64,000 nucleotides of DNA from an uncultured candidate division Zixibacteria bacterium (GTDB lineage: Bacteria > Zixibacteria > MSB-5A5 > GN15 > FEB-12). Position 1 is the first letter of the stretch. Every line of letters starts with the position of its first letter. The position numbers and the translations under genes are program-made. Positions 60,028 through 64,000 of this stretch are shown in pieces. The stretch is from contig OY760907.1 in the NCBI GenBank assembly GCA_963664195.1, positions 2,560,001-2,624,000 on the forward strand. Direction: 5' to 3'. The notes beneath the pieces were generated by a model that saw only the letters and a list, made by a program, of their open reading frames with translations, ran no database searches and was not told where the DNA came from.

Positions 60028-62194
60028 CGAAAGCGCTCACAATCTTGTCCGCGAGCTGGCGATGGCTTGCCGCAAGATGTCGATTTACGGAGCCGGGCAT
60101 CCCCAGTCGGCCAGGGCTGTCGAAAAACCGTTCTTTGTCTTTGGCGAAATCTTCGCCTTCAAATCAGTAGTGAATTTGAATGTCCGTCGCGGACAACTGT
60201 TCGTTATGAACATTCTGTTGAAAGAATCCGTATTCACTCAGCAGGTGATTCAGTTTCTTCAGGCGTTCGATATTACCGGTATCGTGTTTGACCGTTCATT
60301 GTCGATTCAACAACTGACCACGTTCTTGATGAACATCGTCTCACGCGATTCCATGAGTGAGCTAAGCACCGCTCTTCGGGAGTCCGGTGGAACCTCCGGC
60401 GACGAGCCGCTACAGGTGAACTCAGAATTGGCGAACTCATTGTTTGAGAACCGGAAAATGTACCGTGGCGATGTCAGCGGCGACTACTCGGTCCGCCGTC
60501 TCGCGCTTGACCAGTTGGAGGGTGACCTCTGTCATCTGGCCAGAATTCAGCGGGCAAGTCGCAGGACGTTGCTGCAAATGGCGGTTGATTTCCGGTCGTC
60601 GGTGCTGGAGTATTTGCTCCCTGAGCGATTGGCTGCCTTCCCGCCCGAGGAGATTCGCAGTACGCTGAAAGACCTGGCTCAGACGATCAACTCCGGAGAG
60701 GCCGATGCGCAGGGAACCAAGGACGCGACCAACAAATACATGGCCATCTTTCGCCTGGTCGAGTTCCATCCCGACAAGAACAGCATCGTTGAAGATCTCG
60801 AGGACCAGCCGGTGTCCGATCCTAATCTGGTTGAAAACGGTATTGATCCGATGTCTACTACCGGCGCTTTGAAGCTGGAGGTGAACACCCGGATCGACAA
60901 TCTGGTGCAGGATCTGTTCTCTACCGGCAACCGAGACTTCAACGTGGTCGAGTTTGTGGATTCGTTCACTCGTCTGCTCAAGACAGGGCAGCGACCCAAA
61001 GCGATCGAGGTTGTCAGCCGGCTGATTGATTTCATGGGGTCCTCCGATTCTGATCAGCGCCAGAAATCTCTCAACCTGCTGGGAGCGGTATTCGGCGAAC
61101 TGAACCTCGAAACTGATCAGTCTGTTCTCGATGCGACCGTCGATGCCATTGTCGAGCGCCTGGAATCACGGCGGGAAACGTATGAATACTCAGAACTGGT
61201 CTCTCGATTGTTTGATCTCTGCTTCTCCGAACGACAACTTGAACTGATGTCGAAACTGACTAGAGCGATGGCCCGACGACGCGTCATCAACGGCAATGTA
61301 ACCGTGTACGATTCGATGGCCGTCAAGAAGGCTTTCGAGAATATCTCGCGTGAGGATACCGTTAAGCTGCTCGTGCGCTCGGTGATCCAGGCAACACGTG
61401 ACCAGGTCGGCTGCCTCAAGGATATCATGGTGGCGATCGGCACCGAAGAGGTTGCTCTCGGTTTGTCTCGAATCATCTCCCATCCCGCCAGACCGGTGCG
61501 CCAGTTTACTCTCCGGACACTCGCCGAACTCGGGAAATCGTCGCTGAAAGTGTATTCGCAAATTTTGGGCGATGATGCCATGTTTGAACGACCCGAGGGG
61601 CGTCGCGAAATGCCGGATGAAAAGTACTATGTGGTCAGGAATTCGATTTTTGTTCTCGGCTCGATTCAGGACCCGGCCGGTGTGTCGGCACTCCGGGCAC
61701 ATATCGGAGACACCGATGTCAGGGTCAAGCGCGAGATCATCAGCGCGCTTGAGAAGATAGGCGGCGAGGACGCCGTTGACTGTCTGATGCTCATGGCCGA
61801 GGATGAATTGCTCGAGATCCGTGAGGCCGCAGTAATCGCAATTGGCCTGATTGGCACCCCCGAAGCCGCCCCGCTCCTTACCGATCTTGCCCGACGTATG
61901 CCCGGCGTGTCACTGAAGGCGGTCAGCGCGCTTGGCAAAATAGGCGGGGATCAGGCCAGAGAATTCCTCTGCGCACTGCTTGAGAACCCGCGTGATCTGT
62001 ATGATACTATCGGGGGGCGAGTCTCCAAGGATGAGCTTAGGCTGGCCACGATAAGAGGATTGGGGAGGATAGGGGATAGTGAAGCAATTGGAAGTCTGCG
62101 GAGCTTCCAGGAAAGCCGTTCGGGTGCCTCAAAACTATTTTTCAAGAATTCTTCCGTAAACAAGGCGATTACCGAAATTCTCTCTCGCCAGTAA
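59972..62194 (+). CDS. HEAT/PBS-lyase repeat protein
   Basis: N-terminal MSIYGAGHP motif; C-terminal VRNSI..LG, VKREIISALEKIG, IREAAVIAIG repeats. Confidence 0.85.
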   Translation: MMSKSVQRIKESTLSTNLNESAHNLVRELAMACRKMSIYGAGHPQSARAVEKPFFVFGEIFAFKSVVNLNVRRGQLFVMNILLKESVFTQQVIQFLQAFDITGIVFDRSLSIQQLTTFLMNIVSRDSMSELSTALRESGGTSGDEPLQVNSELANSLFENRKMYRGDVSGDYSVRRLALDQLEGDLCHLARIQRASRRTLLQMAVDFRSSVLEYLLPERLAAFPPEEIRSTLKDLAQTINSGEADAQGTKDATNKYMAIFRLVEFHPDKNSIVEDLEDQPVSDPNLVENGIDPMSTTGALKLEVNTRIDNLVQDLFSTGNRDFNVVEFVDSFTRLLKTGQRPKAIEVVSRLIDFMGSSDSDQRQKSLNLLGAVFGELNLETDQSVLDATVDAIVERLESRRETYEYSELVSRLFDLCFSERQLELMSKLTRAMARRRVINGNVTVYDSMAVKKAFENISREDTVKLLVRSVIQATRDQVGCLKDIMVAIGTEEVALGLSRIISHPARPVRQFTLRTLAELGKSSLKVYSQILGDDAMFERPEGRREMPDEKYYVVRNSIFVLGSIQDPAGVSALRAHIGDTDVRVKREIISALEKIGGEDAVDCLMLMAEDELLEIREAAVIAIGLIGTPEAAPLLTDLARRMPGVSLKAVSALGKIGGDQAREFLCALLENPRDLYDTIGGRVSKDELRLATIRGLGRIGDSEAIGSLRSFQESRSGASKLFFKNSSVNKAITEILSRQ

Positions 62195-62216
62195 TTCCGA
62201 CAATTGCGAATGCGAG

Positions 62217-62291
62217 CGCCATAATGGCAGTACGATGTCATTATGGCGCTTTTTGTTTGCCGTTTTGACACGGATGACTGCCATTATGGCT
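62217..62291. promoter_or_regulatory. Four copies of a 13-bp TGYCA-N3-TGRCA-like palindrome (putative enhancer/UAS)
   Basis: 62217 CGCCATAATGGCA, 62236 TGTCATTATGGCG, 62258 TGCCGTTTTGACA, 62279 TGCCATTATGGCT; the first two also form a terminator-like hairpin with T tract. Confidence 0.6.
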
Positions 62292-62366
62292 GTTGATTGT
62301 CGTGTTTCTGGCGGTGTCGGTTCTGCTGTAAACGTAAGTCGTTATACATAAGTCACTTCGCGATTT

Positions 62367-62381
62367 TGGCACGGAGGTTGT
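62367..62381 (+). promoter_or_regulatory. sigma54-type promoter of hsp20
   Basis: TGGCAC-ggagg-TTGT (-12 C replaced by T). Confidence 0.7.
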
Positions 62382-62454
62382 ATTAGTCATTGGCGTATGC
62401 GAAAGCAAAACGAAAAACAGACAGTGACACAAATACTGGACAAGGAGAAGTAAG

Positions 62455-62916
62455 ATGTACAACATGATGAATCGCCCGAACAGATGCACGGTTGAGCGCC
62501 CGCACACCTTTGGCAACTTCGACAGCTTCGATGGCTTTTTCGAGGACTTTTTTGGCCGCCCGGCGAGGCGTTCCGCTGAGTCCACGGATTTCTCACCGAG
62601 AGTCAACATCAACGAAACGGACGAAAACGTGCGCCTGACCTTTGAGCTTCCTGGGATGGAAAAGGCAGACATCAAGGTGGCGGTAGCCGACGACATGCTG
62701 ACGGTGTCCGGCAAGCGAGAGTTCTCATCGGAAGAGAACAAAAACGGTCTTATCCGGTCCGAGATTAGAACCGGGTCGTTCAGCAGGTCGTTCAGTCTGT
62801 CAGACACGATTGACCGTGAGAAAATCTCAGCCGACTACAAGAACGGCCTCCTGGAGGTCACGTTGGCGAAGGCTGAGGAAGTGAAGCCGAGAGAGATCGA
62901 CGTACAGATTTCCTGA
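62455..62916 (+). CDS. Hsp20/alpha-crystallin small heat-shock protein
   Basis: PRVNINET, ELPGM, GSFSRSF, ADYKNGLLEVTL. Confidence 0.96.
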   Translation: MYNMMNRPNRCTVERPHTFGNFDSFDGFFEDFFGRPARRSAESTDFSPRVNINETDENVRLTFELPGMEKADIKVAVADDMLTVSGKREFSSEENKNGLIRSEIRTGSFSRSFSLSDTIDREKISADYKNGLLEVTLAKAEEVKPREIDVQIS

Positions 62917-63008
62917 AAGTAGTCATATCTCATCGCGTGTAGCTGTAAGCGAGAGGCCGGCGGGAAACCGTCGGCCTTTCTTGAGGGTCCTTGCCAACAG
63001 CAGTCTTC

Positions 63009-63078
63009 GTAGGTCAGACCTGTCTTCAGGCCTGACGGAAAGGATAGAATCCCGCGGATTCGCCAATGAATCGACAGG
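63009..63078. repeat. Degenerate copy of the GTAG REPIN-like element
   Basis: GTAGGTCAGACCTGTCTTCAGGCCTGACGGAAAGG versus GTAGGGCGGGTCTGTCTTCAGACCTGCCGGAAAGG. Confidence 0.65.
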
Positions 63079-63172
63079 TTCGGTCTTCGCAGGGTGGGTC
63101 AACGCCACAAGTGGCTGTCTTCGAACCCGCCAGGCTAAGAGCGGATTCTTCTGGCCCGGGGAGGTAGAAAAA

Positions 63173-64000
63173 ATGTATACTGATACCATGAACAGCAGTG
63201 ACTATTACAAGGCTCTCGGGGTATCCGAAAGCGCGGACAAGGCCGAGATCAAAAAAGTCTTTCGTCGGCTGGCCAAGAAGTATCATCCGGACCGCAATCC
63301 GGGGGACGCGGCGGCCGAGGCGAGATTCAAGGAAATCTCGGAGGCATACGAGACGCTTTCCGATGAGAAGAAGCGGGCCGAGTATGACACGATGCGACGC
63401 TACGGTGCGTTCCAGGGCGGACCGACCGGAGGGTTTTCCGGCAATCCGTTCGGAGCGGGCGGCGGGTTTGATTTCAGTCAGTTCGCCGGCGGCGGTCGTC
63501 CGGGGGGCGGATCGCGTACGTTCAGTTTTGGTACCGGCGGAGGGGTGGACATAAGCGATCTCTTCTCGCAGATTCTCGGCGGGCAGGGGGGAGCTTCGCC
63601 GTTTGGCGGACGTCCGAAAGCGACGCGTCGTCGCTCGCGCAATCGGGGATCGGATGTCTCGGCGATTGTCACAATCAGTTTCATGGAATCGATCCAGGGT
63701 ACCACCCGGATGATCCAGACTCGCGATAAGGGCCAGAAACTTGCGGTGAAGATACCGGCCGGGATCAATCATAACGGGAAAATCCGGCTTGCGGGACAGG
63801 GGCACTTCGGAAGCTACGGCGGCGAAAGAGGCAACCTGATTATAACGGTGAAAGTGATGAAAGATCAGAACTTTGAGCGCAAAGGCAATGACATCTACTC
63901 CTCGGTTGAGATTTCGTTCATCGAGGCGATTAAGGGCTGCAAAAAGAACGTAAAAACACTCACGCGTACAGTGGCACTGACGATACCTCCGGGCACTCAG
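63173..64000 (+). CDS. Class II J-domain protein (CbpA/DnaJ-like, no Zn finger), runs off the window
   Basis: Manual translation DYYKALGV...KKYHPDRNPGD...FKEISEAY, G/F-rich linker, KIPAG; GGAGG RBS. Confidence 0.93.
   Translation, partial: MYTDTMNSSDYYKALGVSESADKAEIKKVFRRLAKKYHPDRNPGDAAAEARFKEISEAYETLSDEKKRAEYDTMRRYGAFQGGPTGGFSGNPFGAGGGFDFSQFAGGGRPGGGSRTFSFGTGGGVDISDLFSQILGGQGGASPFGGRPKATRRRSRNRGSDVSAIVTISFMESIQGTTRMIQTRDKGQKLAVKIPAGINHNGKIRLAGQGHFGSYGGERGNLIITVKVMKDQNFERKGNDIYSSVEISFIEAIKGCKKNVKTLTRTVALTIPPGTQ

Noticed and set aside
63198..63554. 118-aa plus-strand ORF in the track
   Set aside because: Wrong frame; the real gene is the J-domain ORF from 63173 that runs off the window.

Overview
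Core chromosomal region of a Gram-negative (diderm) bacterium with moderately high GC. Gene content (PorV/FadL-like barrels, PEGA and FN3 lipoproteins, peptidase-propeller-Omp85) suggests an FCB-adjacent lineage such as Zixibacteria; this is inference and was not verified. Bases 1-25.1 kb hold an intact rpoBC-str-S10-spc-alpha ribosomal supercluster. The rest holds lipid and nucleotide housekeeping genes, three tRNAs (Pro-GGG, Pro-CGG, Arg-CCT), many envelope genes, a sigma54-dependent response regulator, and hsp20-dnaJ. Most striking: rplV (L22) is fused in frame to a diverged duplicate of the upstream S19 domain, and also has an altered tunnel-hairpin tip and a Lys/Ala-rich tail. Other highlights: a GTAG-type REPIN-like repeat family, a complete sigma54 UAS/IHF/-24-12 architecture before hsp20, sigma28-like promoters on envelope genes, an Arg-rich insert in a sugar transferase, a GT9-GmhB fusion, and a coupled peptidase-propeller-Omp85 / BamB-like / HEAT operon. 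No transposase, integrase, phage, CRISPR array or rRNA was seen. All family calls are by motif recognition, with no database search.
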